A stretch of DNA of 64,000 nt from Sarea resinae (taxonomy: Eukaryota): assembly GCA_026026165.1 (NCBI GenBank), contig JAPEUD010000012.1, forward strand, positions 1 to 64,000, written 5' to 3'. The translations under genes were made by a program, and so were the position numbers. Positions 22,152 through 34,102 of the stretch are shown one piece after another (the first letter of the stretch is position 1; every line of letters begins with the position of its first letter). The notes beneath the pieces are model-generated. The model saw nothing but the letters and a program-made list of their open reading frames with translations. It had not been told where the DNA came from and searched no databases.

Positions 22152-23545
22152 ATGTCAGCCCTCTCTGAAGCCACAGCAGCCGTCAATGCCGCACTCGACT
22201 CCCTTCCAGCCAGTACAGCCAGTTTCGACGAGAGCGAGCGTACGGCGGCCCTTGCGGCCTGTCAGCGCCTCAAAGAGTCGCTGCAGAGCACACGAGAGGC
22301 TTGCTTTGACATTGCTTTTGTTGTGAGTCAGCCCTGCATGCCCTTTGAGCCGCTTCTTCTCGGCGGTCTAGCGATCATGTATCGCTGATCCGCGGATAAA
22401 TCCGTCTGCACCAGGCTCAGAAGCCTGCAGCCGTGAGAATCGGCATGGGCATGGGAATCTTCAATACTATGGCTGCCGCAAGGGGCGCAGCGACAACAGC
22501 GAATGAGCTGAGTGAGAAGACGGGCGTGGAGGCTTTGATGATCGGTATGGTTTTGCTTCCCGTGGCAAAGTAGCCGTAAAGTTGACTCCAACTAAGTGAG
22601 GGTGATGCGCATGCTTGTTGCCATGAGAATATTTGAGGAGACTGGGCTGCAGACGTACAAGTCGCTGCCGCTCGCTGGCGCATTTGTAGACGGGAGCCCC
22701 ATGTCGTACGCCCTGACTCATGTGTTTGTGCCACCAGGACCATCCATTGCTATCTCTTACTGACACGTTGGTCACACAGAGGCGGCCACGAAGAAGCCAT
22801 TGTCAAGCTGCCTGTCTACCTCGAGTCCACCGACTATGCCACTCCTAGTGACGCCTTTCACGGGCCTTGGCAATACGCGATGCAGACGGACCTGCACCAC
22901 TTTGATTGGCTCAAGACGAAGCCGAAGCTCCAAGCCGCTTTCAACAACGTTATGGGCATGCGACGTGCGGGCCGCGGCGAGGAGTGGTTTGACTTTTATC
23001 CTGTCGCCGAGAAACTGCGCGTGGAGAAACCTGATGACGTGCTGCTCATCGACATCGGCGGAGGCAGAGGGCATGATCTGGTTGATTTCCACCGACGGCA
23101 TTCAAATTTACCAGGGAAACTGATCCTACAGGACCTACCTACCGCCATTGACGATATCAACGAGCCGCTACCTAGCAGCATTGAGGCGCAGAGACATGAT
23201 TTCTTTACACCACAGCCAGTCAAGGGCGCGAAGGCGTATTATCTGCGGACAGTATTACATGACTGGCCAGATAAGCAGGCGTTACAAATATTGAGGAACG
23301 TCCGCGAGGCGATGTGCAAAGGTAGTGTTCTACTTGTGAACGAGAACTGTCTCCGGGATCGAGACGTGCCCTTGTTTGAGGCCCAGATGGATTTTACCAT
23401 GATGGTGTTGTTTGCGAGTTTGGAGCGGACAGAAGTGCAATGGCGGAAGCTGCTAGGGGAGGCGGGCTTCAGGGTGACGGGAGTTTACAGGCCGCGGGTA
23501 GTCATGGTCGGGAGCGGGACGTTATTTGAGGCAGTCGCTGCGTAG
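22152..23545 (+). CDS. SAM-dependent O-methyltransferase (Methyltransf_2 / COMT-like), 4 exons
   Basis: LIDIGGGRGHD, LILQDLP, HDFFTPQPVKGAKAYYLRTVLHDWPD, ERTEVQW; TATAA at ~22071; the N-terminal exons splice in frame. Confidence 0.93.
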
Positions 23546-23966
23546 GAAAGACTAGGGGTGTAAGCACGAGATCCTTAGCTGGCCGGCATCTGCGACCAGT
23601 GAGAGCCCCGGGACCGTAGCGAGCCTTGGGAGGACCACTTCCAAGAGCCCCCCGATCCCAGAACTTTTCAGTGCCATCGAGTTGATTGCTCGTTTGATAT
23701 TGAGAGGGATGCAGTACATCCTGTTGGGTATCAATGCATGAACGCATGGGGTGTAGATTGGGCGTAGCCAATCGCTGAGTCGGTGGTGTCACACAACAGG
23801 CCGGCATGGCACTTCGGACACAGGCACTGTCCGTCCCCGTTGACAGTTGAATGTATCAGCGTGGTTATCACCAATTCAACGGCAATTGACTTTCATCTTC
23901 CACTTCTGTTTTCCAAATCATAGGCTTGTGGATGCTACTACTGACCTTTCGAGATTGATTGTCGAG

Positions 23967-25742
23967 ATGAAAGAAAGAGGGGACGTAAAGATGCAGAGCA
24001 CGGTAGGTAATCCTATATACGCCTTTCGCGATGTGTTAGGGAAAGGGAAATGTCTTGTGGCCATCGAAAATATCTCCAAGGGCACGAGGATTCTTTCCGA
24101 AAAGCCCATCATTAAAGTCCCTCAACATGAACCGGAGAGTGAACAGCTCCTGGCATCCGTCTGCCAGCAAGTCGATGCCCTCAGCGAACATCAGCGGCGA
24201 GCCTTCCTTTCCATGCACAACATCCATGTATATAGGAATGCTGCTGAGCAGTATCTCGGGATCGAACAAACGCCCTCCCCTTTGAAACCGACGGAAGTAA
24301 AAGCGGGGTGTTTCTCGAAGCATGCCGTATCAACCACGCCTGCGATAACAACGCACAGAAGAATTGGAACGAGAATATCAAGCAACACACGGTCCATGCT
24401 CTGAGAGACATTAGCGAAGGTGAAGAGATCACGATATACTACCTAGGCATCCATAACAGCCGCGAAGCCCGTCGTGAGGCTCTTCAGGCAGGGTTCGGCT
24501 TCACCTGTTCTTGCCATCTCTGCTCTTTGCCGCCGGAACAGAGCCGAGAAAGTGATAGCAGATTGGATGAAATTTACCGTTTGGACAGCCTCATCGACCG
24601 AGGTGGCATAGAGGGAATTTGGTCCTCCCCACTACGGACCCTCCGCTATGTTGATCAACAGGTCTGTCTCTACAACGAGCAAGGACCAGATGATGCTGGA
24701 TTGGCGCGGGCCTTTTTCGATGCGGCGCAGATCGCTATTACCCACGGCGACTTGGCAAGAGGGCGCATCTTTGCGGAGAGGGCGGTGTCTGCGTGGCGGA
24801 TAGCCAATGGCGGCGACAGCACGGAAGTGGTCGAATACGGAATTCTAGCACGGGACCCCTCGAAGCACGAGCTCCACGGAATTTCAATGAAGTGGAGGAC
24901 GACAATAGACGAAGCCCCGTGCGGACTTGAACCGAAGGACTTTGAAGACTGGCTATGGCGGAGGGAGAAGCCAAAACACCCGGGACAGGTTGCGGATCTT
25001 CGAAGCCGCACGACCTTTCCTTGTTTCATTGACCTCCCAAACATGAACGACGTTGATCCGGACTTCTGTGAGAGCAGCGACATAGTTACCCACCGACCGC
25101 GGCGCCATTGGTGCTTCTTGAGAGAGATTGTGGATTTTGTCACGCTCGTGCGTTTGCAGATGGAGATCAAGGATGTTGACGGCACGCAATTCCCGCTGTA
25201 CTTCTATACCGATGGCCGAGGCAGTGAGTTGGCACCTGCACAGGTTCAAAGGGGTTACACGGTCGCAATTCTCAACGCACAACGTCGCGCATTTGTGTTT
25301 GATAAGCCCGGTATCCGCCATGAGGATCCTCGAATGATCAAGGTACCACAGCAATTTGCAGCCTCCAGCTATCTTATTCAATTAAGCTTGATCCATGTTC
25401 GCTAACAGTGACGCCACGCAGATATTTCCACTATCACTGGATAAGTTGCTGGCGTTGAACGATCAGGTCCAACAGTTCTCAACAGAGCTTGATGGAATCA
25501 GAATGTGTCACGGGTGCAGTAAGAAGACAGCCTGTCTGCAACGATGTAGCAAGTGCTTGTCTTTCTGGTATTGCGACAGGGTGAGACCGCTTTTGAAAAC
25601 GTTCCCTATATTATGGAGACTTAGATGCTAATAGAAATGTGACAAGGCTTGTCAAATAGTTGGATGGAAGAAGAAAGACCACAAAGCTAGTTGCAAGCTC
25701 CTTAAGGATCCTGATTTGCGAGAGCTATTTGTTATTGAATAG
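23967..25742 (+). pseudogene. SET-domain / MYND zinc-finger protein with frameshift and premature stop
   Basis: GKGKCLVAIENISKGTRILSEKP, then a frameshift at ~24263 (YLGI to RTNALP...RINHACDNN), EEITIYY, FGFTCSCHLC and MYND CHGC...CSKC...YCDRACQ...HKASC. The TAG at 25740 sits where a Trp codon (TGG) is expected. Confidence 0.8.
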
Positions 25743-26726
25743 AACAAATTTAAATTATTCGCTCTACAAGGAAGTCAGGTTTGGTCAAGGTCGCTGCAGA
25801 TAAATTCCTTATAAATTAGAAAGAGATAAGAGCCTGTGTACTCACTTGACGACAGATTATCAGCCGAGGACAGCATGCCGTGCTATTTCAAACATCGACA
25901 AAGTTATCGGAAGAGCGCGGTTTGCCAAAGTTTCTCCTCTTTATAAACCGTGAGCAGCCTTGGAAGCAACTAGAAGGTCAGACTCTTAGGAAGTGAAAAG
26001 GAGCTTGGAGTCCTACATGATTATAGTCGAGCAAAGGCTGTAACCCGAATGGCGATCAAAGAGAAAGTCTAGAGAAGGCGACGACACATTTCTCAATCGA
26101 AGACTCGGTGACGTTCAGTCGAAGCATTGCAGATGTGGTGTCATCTCCAGCTGTAAGGTGGCTTGTTACTGACCAAATCCGTCGAGTCTCAAGAATCCCC
26201 TGCTCAACACGTGCCAAGACACGTAAGAAGCAAGAACGAACTGTGGGTTAAGAAGCAACATGAGGTGTATCGAATATTTTAACGATAATCATCGAACGTC
26301 TCAATTTATGCTACGGATTGAGGCCCAAATGAGTCATCCTGTAATTATACCTCGGTATTCCTTGCTGTCTGACAGGGACGACGTTACGTCTCTCACCGTC
26401 CCAACAACCCATTCATCCTCGAACGTCAATTTTTGGTCGAATGTCTCGAGAAGGGCCTGGTTGGCCTGCTACTTGGTGAGAATGTACCTATCTTGATCTC
26501 GACGGCCTCGACTACCTACCTTACCTACCTACCTCATTATCATAGTCCTTCCCCTACCTCCACATCTCGAGGTCGTAGTCATTGACAAACCGTCGAATCA
26601 TCAGCACCACGTTCAGAGCAATTTTTAAGACCCGTATTATACTGATCTTGCTCTGAACTCCAAGTCACCAGGGATCCCTCTACTAACGGCCCTCTATCGC
26701 TTCGCACCCCGCCTCGGAAGAGACGA

Positions 26727-28260
26727 GTGACGCCCCCACAAGCGGATTGCGAGGAAGCATACGCTGGCCCAGCGATTTTCACTAATTCTTTAGGAATTCA
26801 TATATTATCTTCGAGCTCGCCCGAACCCCCTAAAAAACGATTACGAAATATCAGAGGCGTATCGGAAGAATTCAGAAGAGTTTTGACGGAAAGCGACGAC
26901 TCTTCTGACGCTGCCATCGAATAACCTGAGCATCAGGCGGGTGGGCCAAATCTATGCAAGCTTCCACATCAGTCGATCATCAATAAAGACCGCAGCGACC
27001 TGATTTATGAGTGGCACCCTCTGCTTACTAGGGAAATCCAAACTACTTTATTAGCATGAGATCAGATTGATGGGCTTGGAACTTTGCCGACGTGCCTGCA
27101 GTCGATCACTCTCTGCTAGAAGTCTGGCCCGAATTACAAACACAGATCCTTGCAGTCCTTAAAGGCAAGGCTTAGCTAGCGTTACAAGTTCTCAGAGGAG
27201 AAAAGTCAGAAATCCTTTACGATAATTCCACTACTGTCGTTGTCACAGCAAGGGATGACTCGCCTAGTACGTGGACACCAGTGCGAGAGCAAATCGTTGG
27301 ACTTCTAAACAATCAGACATCGTATAAGGTAGCCGTCGAGATTAGACAAGGCGAGATACGCGTCAACAAATATCTACCAGACGAAGCCTAGCAGGAAACC
27401 ACCCTCGCAGGCTATAGCACTGGCCCCGCGATTCCCGTTATAATTCATCGGCACTGGGTGGATTTTTGGATGTTCAGGACTCTTCAACAAGCGAATGGAA
27501 AGCATATGGATTGACGTGTTACCATGCCGTTGCAATTAAAGACAGCGAAGGAAATTTGCCCAACCCTCGTAAGTTCAAGTCTCTCAAGCCTCGTCGCTTT
27601 TCTCAGAGCTCAAATCTTTCCGCGAGCATGGCATTAGTCCTGGCGAGGGTGTAGACTTACAAATTGACCAACCAAGCTTAGCAAATCACATCCGACATAT
27701 TCAATCGCTAAGAAATGGAACAGCAAAGCTAGGAGATGGGATCTACCGGAAGGTTTGAGATGCTTTGGCAAAAGACGACTTCGTTTTACCATATGAGAAC
27801 AGAGCTTACGAGTTTACCCTGACTTCAATCGAGTACTTGCGGAGACTCGTCGACAGTGGCGAGAGGTTCTGCAGTGAAGGTAAGGCATAGCTCGGACATG
27901 TCTGGGCCGCCTCGGGAACAAGGAATGTTAGCGTTAGCAACTATGAGATCTCCGTTGATTGGGCGCTCCTTAAAGTTGAGTCATCTCGTGTAGATAGGGC
28001 GACTAATTCCGTAAGTCTTGCTTTGTGTGCTACATATACCTCAACAAGTCAAGCCAGCTAACCAAAAAAAAGGCTACCGGGTAGAAAAGGCCTTGTAAAA
28101 GAGCTTCGGATGCTATACAACCTAATCTCGTCAAAAATGACCACTGCAGAAGAGACGCCCAGAATTAATGACGACTTATTACAAGTAGGTAGGACCTCTA
28201 GCCTGAGATGTGGGGAGTATACGGGCCTTCCATCCACTCTGATGCCTAATTAGTAGGTCT
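26727..28260 (+). pseudogene. Degraded trypsin-fold serine-protease-like fungal gene
   Basis: Ordered remnants ALGGFLDV (~27450), GLTCYHAV (~27510), VDWALLKV (~27955) and QVGRTSSL (~28182), interrupted by TAG/TAA. No GDSG motif found downstream. Confidence 0.6.
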
Positions 28261-28619
28261 AAAGGCTGATCATGTAAAAGTGCTCAGCTACGGTGCAAGG
28301 TCCTCCGGTGAAAGCAAATCGGTATGAAAAGCTTCGTTCTGTCAACGACATGCTCTCAGAAATCTAGCTACGGTCAGGTCCAATATCAGAGACTATCCCG
28401 GCTATGCAAAGCTCAATGAATCCCGACCGCTGATGCTCTGCAATAATAGCTCCACAAGTTTGCATTTCTTTTGGAAAAAATGCATCAGCAACTGATCATT
28501 GTCGTCCGCTTCAATTTCAAGCTCTGCCACCTGTGCAGTCGTGTATTAAGCAGTGGCGTTTGTAGCGAGAAGCAACAACCAGAGGGGATCATGTAGCGGG
28601 CAGTAAAGGTGAGTCATTT

Positions 28620-29520
28620 CGAGAAGGATGTACCAGAGGTAGTGGCGTTGATGCAGATCAGGGGAGGTAGGGCGGTAAGGTCATCACAGCGAATTAGCAG
28701 CCGGCTGAAGAAATTCCAGATGCGCCTGCTGATCAGTTTACACTGAACTTTAGGTCTCCCACAACGACGTGATGAGTCGCCTGGAGATCAGCAAGAACCT
28801 TGGCCATCGGGAATCTCGAGTTCTCCTTCGACTCGATGTAGTCGGTTTTTCTGACGAGAAAAATGCCTCTCTAGCTCTGGACCTACCGACTTTAACTCGT
28901 GAGTCTTTATGTAGGAATTCCAAGTTACTCCGCGTTCTCACCAAACTCAAAATCCCGATCTTTCCTTCTTCACTCAGTGCTGCCACCGGTCCATCGGTCC
29001 AAACAGTCTAAAAAGACGTTGGATCGGTGGCAGGAATGAGCCGAAGAAGGACACAGAAGACATGGTGGCTCATGATACCATTGCTCTACTCCAAGAAAAT
29101 GTGAGATCTAGAGAGGAGACACTGAAAATCTGGCATCAGTAATCGTGGGACTCTGGAACCCAAATCGAAGTGGTCAAGGAAGGTCACGATAAGGCCTCCA
29201 AGAACTTTCAGAACCGTGTGGAAGAGCTTAGTGCGGGAATCCTGTTCTTGCGTGCTGAAGTTACGGATGTTCTCACGGCCATGATTGCACGAAACCACAC
29301 CGCCTCAGATGACGCGATCCGTAATCTTGAACAACACGGCTTACACCTCCTTGGCCAATACATTGAGCAAGCCACAAACAACGTTGAACCGCAGATAGCC
29401 CCAGATCCCAGCCTAGAAAGCCCTGATCCCGTGGCGGAGGAAAATGTAGCGGAGGGGAATCTGGTAGCCATGGATTCAGACCCGAAGTTTGACGACGCCA
29501 GCTCAGAGACCGATGAATGA
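28620..29520 (+). pseudogene. Fragmented hypothetical gene with coiled-coil-like and acidic C-terminal segment
   Basis: Protein-like ORF pieces (28769-29011, 29170-29520) separated by stops; no family recognised. Confidence 0.35.
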
Positions 29521-29949
29521 TGGCAGTTCAGGGAATTGCTTCGTTCGTGCGCTCTGTTTTTCATGCGTTCCGTTTGCTTCCTCTACACTTTTTCCTTAGT
29601 TATGCATTGACTAGTTCAGCAAGGAGGCTGATTGCTTTCTTTGTGTGCGGGCAAATGGAATGTATGCAAGGTCATGACCTTGGGTAGCGCCCCCTTAAGG
29701 ACTTGCTCTTAATTCGGCTACATATTGTATTCCGACAATAAAGCGGCCATTCTCTTCCCTCCGATCCCAGTCTAAACAGAACACGCTATCAAGCCCTGCT
29801 GATATATTAAAGATACCGCTCAAGGCATCATCAGTATCTGCTACTATCTTGCTTGAGTTCAGGTATTTAGATTCTCACAAGATCTTCCTATACTCCTAGG
29901 TATGCATCTCTTCTTATATCGACAGAGATGTCTTTATTATGCAGCTTTA

Positions 29950-31620
29950 GAGAAAGCCTTGCTATTATATTAGCTACCTTACCTATCACTCTCGAGCCAA
30001 CATCTTGTCGGTTATCTAGGCAGTGCTAGTCTATAGACAAAGCTACGCGCTAAGATCCAATATCTATAAAGTAGATGGTTTCGACTATTTAGACCAATAG
30101 ACTAATAGACTGTTAGCAGCACTGTTCTTACCTTGTGACGGATCTATTGTCTTTATCGGCGCCTCCCATCCTTCTTCTGCGGCCAGTTCCTTCAATATTG
30201 TGACTTGAGCCTTAATCGGTGTCAAGACTATGATCTTTGACTGGTTTATCCCAATGGCCGCAAGACCTCGCACTAGAGCACTGACAACTTGAGCTTCTTT
30301 TTTATTATGTGTGCTCTTATGGGCGACCTCGAAACCTTCCATGACTTTCAGGATGTACTTATTGCTTCTGATTCTGAATGACCGGGTAGACTCATCGAAG
30401 AATTCGAGCCTGGCTGTTCGTTGGCGATAGTCTTGTTGGAACGGTCTCATTTTGGTCGATGGGTGCGCGATCAGCCTGTTATCGTGGAACACCCGACTCG
30501 TGGTTTTAGCAATAGTGTCCATGGTCTGATATTGCGTGTTGAGCAATAGGTACAGCCATCTGTGTTCGATGAGCCTCCTATTTATGCTATGTTCCTATGC
30601 CCGCTTTCCCGCCGCAGTCAATATGACTGGTGTATTCTGAAAATCGTCACCAGTCAAGTAGATACCTCAGATCAGAGGCTGATTAACTAAGGGCAAGATC
30701 AAGTCAGCGTCTGTAGTAAAGCCAACCTTATCGACGATGGAATAGTTGGCTTTGAATTATCGAAGTAGGTTGATTCTGGCGTTGCCATAGGTAGTCGGTC
30801 CAGTCCAGACCCTTGGACCGGACCATTTGGACGTTGGCAGCGCTGTTCGTCATCAACCGACGTCGGAAGATCTGGTTGAACGAGTAAACTCGGCGCGCAG
30901 GAAATGGCATTCGGTTGGCAGCAAAGATCTGTGCCGTCTTACCTAACAGCAATCCGCTTCTCCTCATCTTCATACCCAATCAACTGATAGATCTCTTCGA
31001 ATATGTCCTTCTTTTGACGCATATGCCAATACAGGTTTCCACCATCAAGGACTTTCGTGACAGGAGGATTGTCCTTAATGAACTCTGGCGACGTCACGAA
31101 TTCAGAAGGTATGATAAAGTAGTAGTGATCTTCATCCTCCATGGAACGAGGGTAGTCGTCTCCGACTATGACGTAGGGATACTGCAGGTAATCCAGTTTA
31201 TACACGTAAAGCATGAGGACATCAGTACCCTTAATTATACTGAGCCCGGCCAGGACTATCTCTTCGATGGATCCGTTCAGCTCGGGCAATTGTACCGGCA
31301 ACTTGTTCTCCGACCAGAACTTATCTTGTTTCTCTAGAAGACTAATTGTATTGTATGAAGAACCGGTCACCTTAGAACGTTTCTGCCGAAGAGGGTATAT
31401 CATTCCCATGCCCCTAATCAAGACCATATCAGAATAGCGCTTCAGATGTTCGGTGGAGGGAGAGATAACGAGAGACTCCGTCCAGACCCTGGTTAGTCTC
31501 GGCCACAATGATGTAGTGGACATGCGGCAAGTAGGACTGCTTAAAGCTGAGACATAGGTGAGCTGTCGTTGCCGGTTTCCCGCATCCGGGGCCACCTTTC
31601 ATCAATTCAAGCCCTAAGAA
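29950..31620 (-). pseudogene. Upf1/Sen1-like SF1B helicase (AAA_11/AAA_12) pseudogene
   Basis: Motifs in order: Walker A KGGPGCGKP (~31600), Ia IVAETNQGLD, degenerate Walker B SIVDKVG (~30730), IYLTGDDFQNTP, LNTQY, NKKEAQVV, IIVLTPIKAQV, KTIDPSQG. Several stops and frameshifts. Confidence 0.8.
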
Positions 31621-31737
31621 GACAATGTCAACAAGCCTGAACAAGGTAAGGCCTTTCACTCAATCAATAAACACACGAGGCAGAAGTGTCTGAACGAATC
31701 ATGTGAATCTAAAAGCTGAACTGATGATCTGAAGAGG

Positions 31738-31768
31738 AAAGAAGAAGAAGAAGAAGAAGAAGAAGAGG
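31738..31768 (+). repeat. (GAA)n microsatellite
   Basis: Direct read. Confidence 0.9.
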
Positions 31769-32269
31769 ATGAATCGTGAGTTAGGTAGTAGATCAAGCAA
31801 GCTACGGAAGTGCGTAGAATATTCATGGATTGATTCACTGCAATGCCAATTCACCTCAGGGACTACACGCAAACCTAAAAGGCCTTCCAGTAAAAGTTAG
31901 CCAGAATGGCCATGGCAACTCCTATTCTGCGGACTGCTGCTGTCGTCATACGTCTGAATTCACCCGCCATACTTTGTGAGAAAGACGGATGATCGAGGTC
32001 CTATGGGTGCTTCACGGCACCCCAGGCTTCGACTCTTATTGGTAGCGTTACACCAACAACGTCGTCAAAGCTAGACATGGCCATCCACTACGTAAAGGAC
32101 TGGATCTTATCCTTGAACGTTTGACGAAAAGCGCTAAGTGTTCCGATGTAAGCTCGGCTCATCACCCTTTGGAAATCTACATATTGAGTAAGGGACTCGG
32201 ACTGATGCCATCCCGTACCGATCCGCTCAAATATGAAGATTCAAAAGACCAGTGACAGCACCGGGGTAG

Positions 32270-32332
32270 GGAGACAAGGGAGACGGTGGAGACAAGGGAG
32301 ACGGTGGAGACGGTGGAGACGGTGGAGACAGG
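32270..32332 (+). repeat. 9-bp minisatellite GGAGAC(GGT/AAG) x7
   Basis: GGAGACAAG GGAGACGGT GGAGACAAG GGAGACGGT GGAGACGGT GGAGACGGT GGAGACAGG. Confidence 0.92.
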
Positions 32333-33148
32333 GAAATGGCGGACAAGAGACGCAATTTCCAGCGAGACACTCTTGCAGTCGGGTTTTGCTCGCGCAATTT
32401 ATATATTACCTTACCCCTACAGTATTGCCTACTTTCCCGCGACCAAGATCATGGCCATCAGACTAGATGGCTTAGATAGCAAGGATAGATGGCAGACGCA
32501 CATAAATGAGGATTCGATCTGCAATATTGGTTTCTATTTTTTGGGGACGGGGAGGGGGGGGCTATCTAGGGTATGTGCATGTGCACGTACATCCATGACT
32601 GAAGAGAAATGAATTGGAATCGCACTGGACGTCTTGGGCGTTATCATCATCATAGCTTGTTCGGATGATCAAGATGCACCCCACCCCCGGAGCCTTTGCT
32701 GGGCGTGAAAACCAAAAGAGATGAAGTACAAAAGAGATGTGCTATCCGAGTGTGAATGGAGTTCTCAAGCTCAAGCTCGTGCCGGCGCGCCCTGCCGCTG
32801 ACTGGGTTCCAGATCCGCCCATGCCGTACGTGGGCATCCAGACAAGACACGATTGGTTCCGGCGTCCTCGTGTCAAGTTGTGGGATTTGGAAGTCTCGTG
32901 ATGCTTGATGGTGCTGCGACTGCCGTGTGACCAGCATTGGTTGTGAATCGACCAAGCTGTCGTGCTATGAGGGGATTTTAAATCAAGGCGCAGCGTGTGG
33001 AGGAACCTATGACTGAAATGTTGACGGGCAGACCGCACGGCCAAGAGAGCCTCGGGCCTTCTTCAGATTAGTCTGAAAATGCTGGCTGTACCAAAGCGCG
33101 TGAAGAAGGACAAGATCTCGCAATATCAGGACCCATTCTCCCAAGGCA

Positions 33149-34102
33149 TCAGTAACCCCAGCACTCGAGACGGTGAACTGGACGACATTGCTGCCACTGA
33201 TCCAATACTTTCCACACGCCACCCGGCGCGTTCTCCGCGTCGAAGAGGCGGCCGGCTGTAACGCCTAAGTGATTCCTCACTCTCTCCGTCCAAACTCTTT
33301 CGAGTTCAAAATAGGTTTTCTTCCATTTCCCCCGTTGGCCATGGCTGAAACCAACCGGGGGCGTCTGGCCAGGCCCGGCGTACATTTGTGGTGGGGGTGT
33401 AGTCAAAGGTTGAAGCCGCCATTTGCAGAGCGAGCGGAGGAGACTGTGTTCTGATATAGGAGTCCAGCGGATAGTTTGACGCATGACGTCGTTGTTTACA
33501 TCTGCATGGTAGAAAATGGAGAGAAGAAGGTAGTATGATCTTGTGAAGCGGGCTCGTTCGGTGGGCGTGAGCTTCTTGGGATACGAAGCATGGTCGGGCG
33601 GGTTATCGTGGGAAAGGTAATATTCAAATGATTCGAAAGCGAGGGTGACGGCGTGGTCGTTTGCGAGGATACGATGGAGACGGTGTTCCAACGTGGGGTG
33701 CGGTTGCTGCGGTTCCTCACCCGGTTTGAAAGTCTTAGATCCCAAGGATTCTGTAAACTCTGAGAACTCTTGTGCTGTGGCTAGACCCTGAGCTTCTGGG
33801 AAACAGAATATCAGGCGCGGAAGGAGTGTGTCGAGGATGGTCTGCGCGTGTGACTTCCAGACATTGTGGAGGACCGGAGCTGTCAGCATTAGAGATCCGA
33901 CGTCCGTGAAGGATGCCATCTCTTTGAAGATGGCGAGGATAAGTTCTGGCGGGAGAGTGGTGAGGAATGATGGCGATGCTGTCGATGCTGTCGCTTCTGA
34001 CGACAGAGGCGATGAGAGTGGTGATGATAGTGATGACAGCGACGATAGAGAGGGGGATGATTGTTCTGCAGAGACAGGAGTAGGGGATGAGGTTCGATCC
34101 AT
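33149..34102 (-). CDS. F-box-like domain protein
   Basis: 317-aa ATG-initiated ORF with a Ser-rich N-terminus, then FLTTLPPELILAIFKEMASFTDVGSLMLTAPVLHNVW (F-box-like) and LTPTERARFTRSYY. Confidence 0.68.
   Translation of the reverse strand: MDRTSSPTPVSAEQSSPSLSSLSSLSSPLSSPLSSEATASTASPSFLTTLPPELILAIFKEMASFTDVGSLMLTAPVLHNVWKSHAQTILDTLLPRLIFCFPEAQGLATAQEFSEFTESLGSKTFKPGEEPQQPHPTLEHRLHRILANDHAVTLAFESFEYYLSHDNPPDHASYPKKLTPTERARFTRSYYLLLSIFYHADVNNDVMRQTIRWTPISEHSLLRSLCKWRLQPLTTPPPQMYAGPGQTPPVGFSHGQRGKWKKTYFELERVWTERVRNHLGVTAGRLFDAENAPGGVWKVLDQWQQCRPVHRLECWGY

Noticed and set aside
3746..23545. Conventional secondary-metabolite cluster, or the standard tyrosine/homogentisate cluster
   Set aside because: No PKS/NRPS/terpene backbone; no HPPD, homogentisate dioxygenase or maleylacetoacetate isomerase; the hydrolase is FAHD-like, not true FahA.
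32270..32332. Short repeat arrays as a CRISPR-like locus
   Set aside because: Eukaryotic context, 9-bp head-to-tail units, no unique spacers, no cas genes.
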